Source: Blepharisma stoltei ATCC 30299
Lineage: Eukaryota > Protista > Ciliophora
Assembly: GCA_965603825.1 (NCBI GenBank)
Contig: CBFDEM010000016.1
Coordinates: 463,695 to 527,694, forward strand
Length of the DNA: 64,000 nt
Direction of reading: 5' to 3'
The notes beneath the pieces were generated by a model, which saw only the letters and a program-made list of their open reading frames with translations, ran no database searches and was not told the DNA's origin. The first letter of the stretch is position 1; each line of letters starts with the position of its first letter. The position numbers and the translations under genes are program-made. This document shows, piece by piece, positions 36,129 to 49,553 of the stretch.

Positions 36129-36144
36129 CTTTTCAACTATAAAA

Positions 36145-37590
36145 ATGAACTATACTGAATTATGGGATAAATTTTCAGAGATTAGACTTCAATGGAAATC
36201 CTCTAGAAATTTACTTGAGGAATGTACCAATTTTATGCAAGAAAAATCTGAATTAGACAAATCATATGCAAAAGGACTTGAAAGATTAGCCCAGTCGTCA
36301 ATATTTGATAATAGCCAGCAAAGCAATCTTTGCCTCTATCTATCACTAATACAAACTTATATAAACCAGCAAGCTCTTATATTAAACAACATTTCTGCAG
36401 AATTCAGCAATGGATTCTCAGCTTCTATAAAAAAATTATTGGTTCATCAAGATTTTCTTATCAGAGAAAAAAGTGAAATGGGGAAAAATTTGGTAGAAGA
36501 ACGAGAAAAATTGATAAAAAACCACTTGAGAGCTAAAGAAAAATACTTGGGTGCGTCTAAGGACTCTGAAAAAGGGCACAAACGAAAAGAAAGCAAGCAA
36601 GAAGAAGACTACCAAAAGGCTTATTTATGTGCAATAGAAGAGCTGAATAATTTCAACAGGCCATTTGAAGAAGAAATGAATAAAATATTAATGTTCTACC
36701 AAAAGCAAGAAGAAGAGAGAAAAAGCTTGATTAAAGAAACGCTTATAAAAATCACAGAAATAGAAGGCTCCTATTTAAAATCTCTTTTTTTTGAAGTTGA
36801 AAGTATCACCAAAGTATCCAATATATAGGAAATAAAAAAGTATAATCCCCAAACAGAAATTGAGCTATTTATCACTAATTTAAGAACAGGGAAAAGGGTA
36901 GAAAACGTCCAATTCTTCTCTAGCCAGTCTTCGTATAACGAAAGGCATTCTTTAGAACTAAAAATCGCTAATCAAATCGAAATCATGAGGAAAATTATCG
37001 ACAAATGCTGGAAAGGAAAACACTTGACCTCTCATGAAAAGTCAAAATTTTCAATAATGATTTCTGACCCTGAGGGAAAAAAATCATGAGTTTCTGTATT
37101 AAACGAAAAACGAAACCATGGCCAATTTGTGCTTCCAGGAGAAACTTTTTACCAATTAGGAACACTAATGTATGAAGTCTTATCAAAATTGACTATAGAA
37201 GATTTTATCTGCGCAAGCCAGTGCATTATTTTATCCCAAACATTTTATAAAGAAGAAAACAAAACAAAAATTTTTTTGCAGACTTTGATAATAGCACATC
37301 CGTATTGGAACCAAGAAAATTTTTGGGAAAAAATGCTGGAAGACTCTTTGGAAAATGAAATGGAAAAATTTGCTGAGTATTGTATTGGTGAAGGAGAAAT
37401 CCATGAAGATTTGCCAACAAGACTTAGAGAAGTCGTGGTCGCTCAGCTGTCCTCGTATATTGCGATAATGGAAAGTTTTCAAATATCAGAGTCAATTGTA
37501 TCACAGATTATTAATGGCTTTGTGAAAAAATACCATTTGCCAGAGGATGCGATAGCTATACTTGTTTCATACTGTAGTGCTATTAAATAA
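36145..37590 (+). CDS. F-BAR (FCH) protein with a C-terminal SBF1/SBF2-like helical domain
   Basis: YTELWDKF...EKSELDKSYAKGLERL (FCH); 15-nt intron 36814-36828; TGA 37087 read as Trp; CIILSQTFY...HPYWNQENFWE. Confidence 0.8.
36814..36828 (+). other. 15-nt intron
   Basis: gtatccaatatatag; removes the in-frame TAG. Confidence 0.85.
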
Positions 37591-38050
37591 TGACACAAAT
37601 TAATTTATTTCTCCTAGATTTTGTTGTAGCATATATAGTTTTTTAAGAAATCCGTAGCATTGCATTATTTTAATGAATAAATCTCTTATTGTAAGCAATA
37701 AAATCTAAAAATATTGATCAAGCTTAGATAAAATCATTTTCAGCTTTCAATATATGTCTAAGTATCTCCTATCAACAATTAAAATACTCTAGAAACCTTA
37801 AATAACAATTTTTTTTGATATAATATCCATAAGTAAATCCTATCAGCAATAAAAAACAGCGCAGAAACTCAAAAAATACTATATTATCATAATAAATCAA
37901 CAGCACTGCTTCACCGCATTATCTATAAAGTGCTTATTATCCAATCAAAACCTTTCAGCTCATCACTTTTTTTATTTCATTCATCCTATTTAAATAATTC
38001 AAATCCCACAATACATCAAAAGTTTCATCTTACTCTAAATCATTTTCAAA

Positions 38051-39736
38051 ATGGTAGATCGAGACCAGAAAATCCAAGTGATAGTTCGCAAAAGACCTCT
38101 AAACACTAAAGAAAAGGCCCGAGGTGAAGTTGATATTCTATCTCAGCGCTCACCTCAAACAATAGTAGTCACAGAGGAGAAAGTCAAAGTGGATTTGACA
38201 AAATATATAGAAGAGCATCATTTCACATTTGACGGTGTATTCAGTGAAGACGTTACTAATGAGATGCTCTATAGAGCTACAGTCCAGCCAATAGTCCAAG
38301 CAGCATTCCAAGGAGCCAAAGTCACGTGTTTTGCATATGGCCAGACAGGCAGTGGAAAGACATATACAATGATGGGAGAAGGACAAACCCCAGGACTTTA
38401 TTTGTTGGCAGCTAATGATCTTTATTATTATAAGGAGCAGCTTTATCCAAATATAAAGCTATGGGTTTCATTTTATGAAATTTACTGTGGGAAGCTTCAT
38501 GACCTTTTAAATGAAAGGCATATTCTTCATGTTAGAGAAGATGCCAAACAAAATGTCAATATTGTGGGACTCCAATATAAGCCAGTTGATGATGTGCAAA
38601 CTTTAATGCACATTCTCACCTTAGGGCTTTCTAATAGGACAACAGGGACTACAGGTGCAAATGATGACTCTTCAAGGTCTCATGGAGTTTTAGAAATCTC
38701 TTTGCGCGAAAAACGCCGTGCTGTTGGTAAGGTTACTTTTATTGACTTAGCAGGAAGTGAAAGAGGTGCAGATACAATGAACTCTGATGGAAAAACCAGA
38801 ATAGATGGGGCAGAAATCAATAAATCTCTGTTAGCGCTAAAGGAGTGTATAAGGGCTCTCGATCAAGATAAAAAGCATACCCCATTTAGAGGAAGCAAGC
38901 TGACATTAGTCTTGAAAGACTCTTTTGTAGGAAACTGCAGAACTGTTATGATTGCAAATGTTTCACCTGGACTTACTAGCTGTGAGCACACATTGAATTC
39001 TTTAAGATACGCTGATAGAGTTAAAGAGCTTAAAAAAGGTGGAGGAGGTGCAGGGAAAAATGCAGATCAGCTAGCTAATGTTTTGATGCTTCCAAGACAA
39101 AATAATAATATTGTACGATATGTCAAAAATGAGGAGGAAGATGAAGATGAAATTTCTCCAAAAAATACAAATAATGTGCCCAAAATGACTTTTAAAGAAG
39201 AAGCAGAAAGGATTAAAACAAACGGCACAAAGCCTGCAAATAAGCCAAAAAGCAGAATTGGAGGTGGCTTTACATCGCCAAGATCTCAACAACCAAATCC
39301 AGTCCCACAGCCGCAGCCTCAGCCTCCAGTTCCTTCATCAACTCCTATTTTCGACGAGTCTGAAAATATGGATCTTGAAGAGCTCACAGCATCTCATGAA
39401 AATTTAATTGCTGTCATTTTATCAGAAGAAGAGCAGCTCATTAATACACATAGAAAGACCATCGATGATATGGTCGACGCAATTAAAGTCCAAATGGCGC
39501 TTCTCAGTGAAGTAGACAAGCCAGGAAGTGACGTTGACCAGTATGTATGTGAGCTTGACAAAGTCCTAGCTATGAAAGAAGAAATGATAAGAAATCTCCG
39601 AAAACAACTGAAGTCCTTTAATGACCATTTAAGGCAAGAAGAGGCAATGGCTTCTGCATTTAATGCAAGAAAGTCTGCTATGGATGTTTTTGATTTAGAA
39701 ACTCCTGACGAAGATTTACTGCAAGATATGTGATAA
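38051..39736 (+). CDS. Kinesin-13 (microtubule depolymerase)
   Basis: VRKRPL, KVKVDLTKY (KVD), GQTGSGKT, SSRSH, DLAGSERG, KECIRAL; ends TGA TAA. Confidence 0.95.
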
Positions 39737-39773
39737 GCCTAACATTTTAATACATAAATTTCTTATAATAAAT

Positions 39774-40508
39774 ATGAGGCATGGAAAAGTCCTTTTGAAG
39801 CTCAGTCGCAAATCTAAGCCTAGGAATAAGCTTTTAAGAAACCTTCTGACTTCTCTTATAGAGCATGAAAGAATTGTGACGACCCAAGCCAAAGCGAAAG
39901 CTATAAGTGGCCTAGCAGACAAAATTATTACTTTTGGGAAAAAAACTAATATCACGGACGAAAGAAAAAGGATCCTTTTGAGGGCTTATTTATATACTGA
40001 CAGAGCTGTCGAAAAAGTAATGAGTGAGTTGGTCCCAAGGTTCCAAAATAGAACTCATAACTATACAATGAGGTCTTTTGAAGAAAGAAGAAAAGGTGAT
40101 GGAGCAGTGATGCATACAATTCAGTATTTTGGGAATAAATATTTAGAAGAAGAACGTGAGAATAGATATGTCAATGCAATGCCTGATTTTTCGCTGGGGA
40201 TTTTAAACGAAGAATTAGGATTCTTCCAAAGTGCGCTTAGTGACTTGACTAAAAAGGAAGAAAAAATAAATTTAGCAGATGCCTCAAAAGAGATGGAAGG
40301 AAAGCCAGTTTTAGGGACAAAAGAAGTGGAGGATAAAATAAAGTTTTTTGAAAAACAAATTGATAGGGTTAAGAGGGAGATTGAGAAATGGCAACTAAAG
40401 AGAGATCCTAACGAAGAGCCACCAGGAATGGAAGAAGAACCTAAGAAGGAAGGAGAAAAACTAGAAGGAGCTGAAGCTGATAAAAGCAGCAAAAAGTGGC
40501 TAAAATAA
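39774..40508 (+). CDS. MRPL17: Mitochondrial ribosomal protein bL17
   Basis: MRHGK...KLSR...RNLLTSLIEHERIVTTQAKAK, RRKGDGA. Confidence 0.88.
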   Translation: MRHGKVLLKLSRKSKPRNKLLRNLLTSLIEHERIVTTQAKAKAISGLADKIITFGKKTNITDERKRILLRAYLYTDRAVEKVMSELVPRFQNRTHNYTMRSFEERRKGDGAVMHTIQYFGNKYLEEERENRYVNAMPDFSLGILNEELGFFQSALSDLTKKEEKINLADASKEMEGKPVLGTKEVEDKIKFFEKQIDRVKREIEKWQLKRDPNEEPPGMEEEPKKEGEKLEGAEADKSSKKWLK

Positions 40509-40947
40509 AATAATTACTTAAGATTTGGCTAAATGAGAGAAAATTAGGATTTTAATTTCTGGGTATTTTGTGAGTTGACTAAGTTGGAACGTTAGGCTTA
40601 TTTCGATTTTTAGCGCACTCTTCTTACTTAGCCTTGCCTCAAAACAGTTATAGCATTTACCTTGTTAAATATATTATTGGAAACTAAAATCATGAATATA
40701 AAGATATCTATAGATATAAGCTTTATAATAACGGATTAGGCTAATTATTAGATAAATGGTATATATATGCTTACCGCAATACCAATTTATCATGAACTAT
40801 AATATTAATTTATTATAATAAAATTCTTCTTAATCACTACCTAACATATTATAAGCAATTAAATAGGAGAGCTTGAAAGATCAAAAAGCTCAATTTTAAA
40901 AGGTTTTAAAACGAGAAATATAGATTCTATGTTTATAAAAAATAAAA

Positions 40948-41829
40948 ATGAGTGATTTAGCATATAACTTACTTATTATCTCACTAGAATCTTTGATTTG
41001 CAAAAATATATACAGCCATAGGATACTTTTTTTTGCAGAGCTCCCTGATAAATCCTCAAAGGAGCCTGTATTAGCAACAAATCAGCCTGAATTAGCAGAA
41101 TCCCAAGATTCTCGTTCCAACCCAACAAACTCTATAAATCCTCCAGAAGTATCATCTCAAGCTCCACTTACAAGCCAAAATTCAAAGTAAACTCCAAATA
41201 GCACTATCCCAGATGCTCCTCCTCAGCCAAGCTCTCCCAATCTCATCAAAAAAGCTAACTCAAAAAATGACCCTGAAGACAGCAACCAAAAAGAGCATGT
41301 CTCAAAATTGCCTCACAGAAAAGAAAATATCTCTACAATTCCTATGAAAAGGTTTAGATCAGACTCGACAGATAATAGCGATGATTCTCCTAATAAGAGG
41401 AAGCCTCACATTCCTGTTTACTCTCTTCCCAGTCAATACTCTTCAATAAATAACTTGAGGGAAAGTTACAATAAAAATCCTGAGCGTGGGAGTATAAGGC
41501 TTCAACAAGTGCAAGAAAATAGACCGTTGCCGATTAGCCTTGGAAATATTCAAGGGGAAACTAATAAAGCTAGTCAAAATATAAAACAAATCGAATTAAA
41601 GCCGAAAACAGGCTATGTTTTGAAAAAAATCAAAGAGCTGCCTATAAGAAAAGCTTATCAAGGAATTGATAGTGTGGAGAAACGACTTTTGCATCCTTAT
41701 GAGCCTGCAGAACAATTTCAAGAGGAAAAAGCACTGAATCCTGATAAAAATGACGATTTTTGCATGGATGTTGAAGAAAATCATTCAAGAAATGACTTAG
41801 CCGGAAATGAAGACAAAAATGAAATTTAA
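40948..41829 (+). CDS. Hypothetical disordered S/P/N-rich protein, 15-nt intron at 41187-41201 (start uncertain)
   Basis: ORFs 40948-41190 and 41308-41829 are co-frame; the TAA lies in gtaaactccaaatag. Confidence 0.6.
41187..41201 (+). other. 15-nt intron
   Basis: gtaaactccaaatag; A at position 10; contains the in-frame TAA. Confidence 0.75.
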
Positions 41830-41905
41830 TATGTGCAATAGTCGATTTCATTATTAATTAAATAATGAAAATTATAGTGATTTCTGAATTATTTATTAAT
41901 TATCT

Positions 41906-44230
41906 CTACATCTCTCTGAACTCTCTGATTTTTGGAACATATCCATTTGAATTATTCGCAATTTGCAATATTTTCTCCTGCAATGCTGACAGCTTCGCTT
42001 TATTATTGGTATTCTCATTTAATTTTACTGAATTTACGACATCATGCCAAAGCTTTTCATTTTCCCTCATAATTCTTTCATAAAAGCTTGTATTTTTTCT
42101 ATCAATAACCTCCTGTATATAATCATTAACCATGCTTTCAAGTTTATCACTCTTTTCACTGATTTTATCAACATCAAGCTTCAACATTTCTACGAGTCCT
42201 TTGGCTTCTTTTTCTCTAAACCCAATAATTCCTCTCAGTTTCTCTATTTTCTTAGTTGTTTCTTCAACGTCTGCTTTGCTGGATAAATCATTAATCGTTG
42301 CATACTTTTCAGCTTCTGCTTCTTTCTGATTTCTTACTTGTTCATTATGTTCCATCTCATTTCTTACATCAGAAATTTTTTCTTCCACTTCTTCAAATTT
42401 TTTAGTAATTTTTTCTTCAATTTCAGCTTGAGCTTGCTCTTTTTCAATTAACGTCTCAATCAGCTTGTCAATTGTTTCTTTAGTCTCTTTTATATTTTCG
42501 TCAAACTCATCAGCAACTCTATTAATCATATGCTCTCTCATCAATTTTTCTGTAGACAGCCACACAGCAGTTTGTGATTCCACGACAGCAGACTGTTTCG
42601 CTACATTCTGGATTTTTTCATTTAATTGCTCATCCAATAGTTCTATCTCAGACTGTAAAGTATCAAAACACTCATTTAATTTCCCGAAATCTTCACAATA
42701 ATTCTGATGCTGCTCAAAAATATCCTCATTTAACTTATTTATAATGCTTGAAAACACTTCTCTATCATGAGCAAGAGACTGGTCAAAAGCTCCAAGACTG
42801 TTATCAATCATTTTTGCTAAATTTTCAATGCGGTCTTCTAATATTTTTGTGTTATTTGCTAAGTGGGCTTCTAAGCTTGCTTGCAGCTGCTTTGTTTTGG
42901 CAACAATTTGGTTATCGCCTGACATGGCAAAATTATTCATTTCTGTCCTGACTTGGAGTACAAGTTTTTCAAGCTTCACAATTTTTTTACTTGCATCAGA
43001 TTTTCATTTTTCATTAGCAATTATAGTTTGCTTTAGGCTTTCTGTTAAAGCTGTTACTATTTCTTTATTTTGGCTGTGCTGCTGCTTGAGGTTTTCTGAC
43101 ATTCTTGAGCTTTCACCTTCAATATATCTACTTAACAAATCAGCTTTTTCTGAAAAAGATTTTGAGGCTTCTTTTACATCATATTCTGCTTTAACTCTAT
43201 TTTTGTCCATAGTCTCTTTATGTATAGCTAGCTCTTGTAGCAGCCCTTTTACTGTATTTTGTATCATATTTTTTAAGTCATTTTCAGACTTCAGCCTGCA
43301 CTCAATTTCTGTTTTTACCATTTCAGTCATTTTTTCATTAATCGCGGTTTGGTGCATTTTATACTGCTCAAGCCCAGTTCTTGCAGCGTCACTTACATTG
43401 GCCATATCGTCCCTTAGCCCTCCTTCTGCTTGGAATCTTGCTTGTTCTTCTTGCTTAATGGCATCATAAATCCCTTTAATTTGCATATCCAGAGTGGAGC
43501 TGATATGATTAATTAATTCTTCTTTTCTTTGAAGCTCAGTCTTAAAATAGCTCTCAAAGCTTGAAAATTTATCCCGAAATTCGTCTCTGTCAAATTGGAT
43601 TTTTTCCTGTGTCATTTTATCTTTAAGCTCAAAATTGTTCTTGAGATCTTGATGATGCCTTAGCCTTTCTTCTTGTTCGAGCATTAATTTGTTTAGCATT
43701 TCGCTTGATCGTATTTCGAGTCTTTGCTGTATGTCAATCTGTAACTGCTTTAGGAAATTTTTTAAATCATCTTGAAGCTTTTGAGAGTTGACATTGACGT
43801 TGTCTATTAGTTTGTGGTCGTATTGCTGCTCAGAGCCTAAAGCCAGAATAGCTGTTTCTATCCCTTGGACGCGGTTTTCGACTTTTCCTGCTAAATCCAT
43901 AAGTAAGGAGACGCCTTGATCACTCTTAGAGTCCAAGCTTACAACTGATCTTTCGCCAAGACTCAGCCGACTTTCAAGCTGAGACAGTCTATTTTCTACA
44001 GTTAATGATAAATTTTGTAGAAAGCCGCTTGTTTTTTCGTTCATTTCGCCTAATCTTACAACTTCACTAAACAGAACTTGAGCTTTTTCTTTGTTTTTTA
44101 ACTGCTCTTTTGTCATTTCTGTAAGTGTGTCTTGGATTAAGTTCCTCATTTGACCCATTTCTGAATCTTCTTGCCTTTGAGCGTCAAGTAAAAGTCGATT
44201 ATCTGAAGGAGACCTGAAAATTTTCCTCAT
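41906..44230 (-). CDS. Long coiled-coil protein (~774 aa), possibly cytoskeletal
   Basis: Two co-frame ORFs joined across TGA 43004-43006; heptad-rich. Confidence 0.85.
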
Positions 44231-44339
44231 AATATTAATAAAAAATTTGAAATTTTGAGAAGCTCAAACATAAGTTAATATCAATTTTTAGGTAAAATGA
44301 TTTTTCGTGAATATTTAAAGTTTTGTATACATAAAAAAC

Positions 44340-46700
44340 ATGAGTGTTGCTGGTCCTGATCAAACTATTATTTCTTCGAGAATATCTTCAAGAAGAAACT
44401 CTACGAGAGCTGCAGAAGAAAATGTTTCTGATAATGAAGACATCGTTGGGCAAATGCAACAAGGTGCATCAAATATTCTTGTCGCTGTTAGATGCAGACC
44501 ACTTACCAAAAAGGAAAAAGAAATAGACGACACCAACCTAATCCAAATCATTGAAGAAAGAGTAGTTTTGCTGCTTGACCCTCAATTTAAATACGGTGAC
44601 AAAGGCAGCCGCGCCAAAGAAAAGCAATACGCCTTTGATTATGCATTTGACGAAAACGCATTACAGAAGGACATCTTTGACAAAACTACGAATTTCCTAA
44701 TCGACGGAGTCCTTAATGGTTACAATGCAACTGTTTTTGCATATGGGGCAACAGGGGCAGGAAAAACATATACAATGCTTGGAGAAGTCAACAGTCCTGG
44801 ATTAATGCTAATGACTTTTATCGAACTCTTTACCAAGGTGGAGAAATTAACTTTAGAAAGAGCTTATAAGGTGAAATTAAGCTATTTGGAAATTTATAAT
44901 GAGGTTGTCAAAGATCTAATTCATCCCACAACCAGTGTGCTAGATATTCGTGAAGATCCAGTTAAAGGAATTGTGGTTGCTGGGCTTGCGGAGCTTATGG
45001 CAACTTCGCCAGATGAAGTTATAGAGTGTTTGCAGCTGGGAAATATGAGGAGAACATGCGAACCTACAGAAGCAAACCAGACTTCAAGTCGGTCTCATGC
45101 AGTTTTGCAAATTACTGTTGAATATAAAGATAAAGCTTCAGGGACTGAATCTGAAATAATTGTAGGAAAACTATCACTTATAGACTTGGCAGGGTCTGAA
45201 AGAGCATCTCATACAAAAAATCGAGGAATTAGACTAATTGAAGGAGCCAACATCAATAGGTCTTTGCTTGCATTAGGAAATTGCATAAATGCGCTATGCG
45301 AAGCTACAGAAAGGGGCGGAAAAGTTTATATCCCATATAGAGACTCCAAACTTACCCGTTTGCTTAAAGATTCCTTAGGAGGAAATTGCAGAACCGTCAT
45401 GATTGCTTGTATTTCTCCATATTCTGGAAGTTTTTTCGACACAAGTAATACGTTAAAATATGCAAACAGAGCAAAAAATATTAAAACAAATCTGCAAAGA
45501 AATGTTGTGAACGTTTCATATCATATTGCAAAATATACAGCAATAATAGCGCAGCTACGACAAGAGGTCTCTGATTTAAGAAAACTTTTGAAGTCAAAAA
45601 ATCCGAACCCAGCTGCATTTAACAATGAAAAATACCAAATTGAGTTAAACACACATTTTCAAGATGAAGCAAAAATAAGAAAGAAAATACATGAATGCCA
45701 ACAAACAAAAGAAGAATTAGGCTTCATGCTATTTTCAAGACAAACTGAGCTGGATCGAGCTAAAGCAAAAACTGGAGAAGACAGTGCTGCAGCTAGAGCT
45801 TTAAATAAAGAAGTAGAAAGGCTAAAAAAATCAATTGAGGAGCAAACTCAAGTAAATAATACATATGAAGACGTACTTAAAGGACTAGAAAATAAAAGAG
45901 ACGAAATTAAATCAGAATGAATCAGAAAAGGCATCCCTGAGCCTCATTTATCAAGCTTACAACTTATGATGCAGCAGCAGGTTTTAGCCATGAATTCTAT
46001 TGATGCCCAACGAGACAAAAACCACGACCAAGTGGTTTTAAAGCAAAAAGAGCTTTATATACAGCTGCTCATGAATCAGCTGAGATTAAGAGATAATGTA
46101 ATTGACATTCAAAATGGCATTTTCAAAGAAGAAAACATAGGAATGAAGCCTGATCTTAAAAAAGTTTATAGTCAAATCCAAAGCATTGACGAAATTACTT
46201 CCTCTTCAATTGTATCTTTCCCTGATCTCCATATGAACTCTCCATCTTTATATGGCCGTTCAAAGCCCAAAGCATATAAAAGTGATCATTTTTTGCCTCC
46301 AATTACTCAAGCTCCAACAGCTAAAACATCAGCCCTAAATACTCCTCATTCCAGGATACCTAAAATTGCTTCAAAGCGATATTTATCTAATGAGCCAAAA
46401 GATGAAAAATTCTCCAATATTAATTTATTGCATCCCAAAGCGAAAAGATTGACTTCAAATGATAATAAATTGAAAGAGCAGAGATCGAAAACAAATTCAG
46501 GGCTTTATGAAGACTCAGATTCAGAACAGTCAAGTGTGAAACAGGTTGCAATAATTGGAAAGACAAGTGATAAATATCAAAAAAGTCCGAAAGTTGGATA
46601 TAAAGGAAGAGAAGTAGGACATGTGATTAAAAAGAGGATAAAACCTAGAGAAATCAAGTATGGAGTCAATATTAGGGGTATTGAGAATTTTGAAGGATAA
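44340..46700 (+). CDS. Kinesin-8 (KIF18/KIF19-like)
   Basis: VAVRCRPL, YGATGAGKTYTM, SSRSH, DLAGSERA, EGANINRSLLALGNCINAL; joins its tail across TGA 45918-45920. Confidence 0.92.
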
Positions 46701-46887
46701 GGGAGAAATGTACAAATAGTTGTATTTTACAAATTTTTAAAATTGTATTTTTATGATAAATATTAAAGAGATACTCACATTCGCATAGATAATCGGGACT
46801 TGTATTAAATTCTGTCTTAATTTTTTATCAAAAATGTCATGTATTTTCTAAGCATCTAAATTATCTCTTATCTTATTGGCTTGATAA

Positions 46888-48090
46888 ATGGAAAGTGATC
46901 TAAAAATAGGCTCCCGCGTGCTTTGTAAGTGGACAGACGGGAAATATTGTAAGATTTAATTAGATCCAGCAGAAATTGTCCATGAACGTTCAATCCCCAG
47001 TCATGAATTTTACATCCATTATCTTCCTTTCAATAAGCGCCTCGATACCTGAATAGCTCAAGATCAAATTGCTCCTTTACCTCCAGACAGCGATAAAACT
47101 GCAGATTCCATGGTGACTCGCTACAATAAGAGGAAAAGAGAGGAGCAAAGCCCAACCAATCAGTCCGAAAATTTCAATAGTCCAGAGCTTACCCAGTTCG
47201 AAAAAGATCATGAAGAAAACACCAAAGTAAGAAACGTAGACCGTATTATTCTGGGTCGATATGAAATAAGTCCATGATACTATTCACCATATTTGTCAAG
47301 ATATCCACATATACCTACACTTTATATATGTGAATTTTGCCTTAAATATATGAGGCATGGGTCGACTTATAGAGAGCATGTCAAAAAATGCTTGCATAAA
47401 AAGCCCATGGGGAAAATGATATATAGAGATAACGTGAATTTTGGAAAAGTTAAGTCAGTCAGTGTGTATGAAGTTATGGGAAATGAACATAAACTTTATT
47501 GCCAAAATTTCTGCTTGCTAGCCAAGCTGTTTTTGGACCATAAAACACTATATTATTATGTCTCACCATTTAAATTTTACGTTTTAACAGAAGATTCAGG
47601 AAAATGCTCCAGAGTTGTAGGGTATTTTTCTAAGGAAATTGGGAATCATGATTATAATTTAGCTTGCATTTTGATATTGCCACCTTATCAGCAGAGAGGA
47701 TATGGAAGGTTTTTAATTTCTCTTAGCTATGAGCTGAGTAAAAGAGAAGGAAAAATCGGAACACCAGAAAGACCACTATCAGATATGGGGAGAATTTCTT
47801 ATAAATCTTATTGGACTGATACAATTTTAGAGGTGATCAGAGATCGAGGGAATTTAACCATTAAAGAAATAACAGACATTACTGGAATAGCAAACCATGA
47901 TGTTATGGAAACTTTGACTTCTTTGAATTTAGTTAAGTACTGGAAAGGTCAACATATAATGAATATTGCAAATCCAAAAATGATTGAAGAGCATTTCAAG
48001 AAAAAGGAACAGAGAAAAAAGAAACTCAAAATTGCTCAGATTAAGTTTGATCCGAGGAGATTAAATTATACTGTTACACCTCAGTCTTAA
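46888..48090 (+). CDS. MYST histone acetyltransferase (Esa1/Tip60/MOF type) with chromo-barrel domain
   Basis: FYIHY...NKRLDTW(TGA); YEISPW(TGA)YYSPY; C2HC finger CEFCLKY..H; FLDHKT; QQRGYGRFL; PERPLSDMG; intron 46949-46963. Confidence 0.95.
46949..46963 (+). other. 15-nt intron
   Basis: gtaagatttaattag; splicing restores DGKYYPAEIV of the chromo-barrel. Confidence 0.92.
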
Positions 48091-48503
48091 TTTGATTTTA
48101 TTAGTAATAATTAAATTCGAATTGATTCAGCAACTTATTAAATTTATAATAAAATATCTAAAATAAAATTCTTATGATATCTTTTATTTTACTTCAAAGT
48201 TACTGTCTTAGCATTCCGGGCAATATTCATTAAGATCTTATCGCTTATAGAATCTGCTATTTCAACTCCTCAAGATTAATAAATAATTGCTTTACATATT
48301 GACTTGTATGTACCAATTATTATTGTTGCTTTTACTTGAATAATTATCAATAATTATACCAAAGCTTCTTTTTCTTATTCATTTTTTAAAAAGTTTGTTT
48401 ACTAAATTGTTTCACAATCTTATAACACCAGACTTTTTTTCATATTTGTTTGGAAAAAAATTAGAATTATTTTATTTTCATTTGACTTCAAAAAATATTA
48501 AAT

Positions 48504-49487
48504 TTAATTAGTGCTATCTTTACCAGACTTCATCTCAGGTGAAGGGCCACCAGACTTAGCTATTTTATGAATTTTCTCAGGAGAGTTCTGAGCGCCACTT
48601 ATAATTGCAGGAGGTGCTTTAAGACAATGCTTAGCTTCAAAATTGATATTTTGATTATGCTGCACAGAGCTCGTCACTTTCTTTTTAATTTTTTTAGCAA
48701 TACTTTGCTGCCTATTAAACTTGATTTTCTTATTTATTTTTCTCTGTTTATAATTCCTCCAGCATCTCTGGATCTTAATTGCACTAATTCTTCTATTCTC
48801 CTCTTTAATTTTTTCAAAAAATTGCAAATTTTTCATTAAATCATTTTTTTCTTTAATAATCATATAGCTGCTCCTAGATTTATACCCTTTTCACATTTTC
48901 TGAATCATTATTGCTGCATTTATTTGTGATTTTCTCAATTTCTTTGGCTCAAGCTTGATGCCTTTGTATTTATTTCAAGCATTTTGTATCATTTTTGCAC
49001 TAATTTCTCTTTTGAGTAGAATCTGCTCTTGGAGCTTTTTTCAGTTATATTTTTTTCATTTATTCTGTATAGTCACAGCAGCTTGTTTTTCTTTTAAATA
49101 TAAATTCTTTTTTAAAGCTTTTTTAAGCAAATCATCTTCTGTTAAATTTTTTATTTCTTTGGGACTAAATTGGGTTCCATACTGTTGAAAAATGTTTTGA
49201 ATTATCCGCTCTTTTGAGATTTTTTGTTGCATTCGTTTGATTTTTTCTATTTCTTTAGCCATTCTTGCTTCTCTGGTAGGAGAGTCAAACATTGATCTTT
49301 CTCTTCGATGATATTGCTGATAATATGCTTTTGGAAAATTAAATGTCCTACCCAGATTAGAATATTGTCTTTTCACAATTCGGTTTCTTGGGGTCACTGT
49401 TGGTAAAGTTATATCTGAACTAATAGGTGAGACTTTTGATGTCCCAATAAACACTTTTGGCTTATTTAATATTGGCAAATGCTCCAT
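48504..49487 (-). CDS. IQ-motif (calmodulin-binding) protein
   Basis: Four IQ motifs: IQNKW(TGA), IQNAW(TGA), IQKMW(TGA)KGYKSR and IQRCW(TGG)RNY. Confidence 0.85.
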
Positions 49488-49553
49488 TAAAGTTAAATTT
49501 AGAATCAAAATTAATTGTCATAAATAGCAAGGACTTGGATTTTTATATAAACA

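Noticed and set aside
42828-43469. 213-aa plus-strand ORF (and the many similar short antisense ORFs in the track)
   Set aside because: Antisense shadows of K/E-rich genes (S/F/L-rich translation); no independent evidence.
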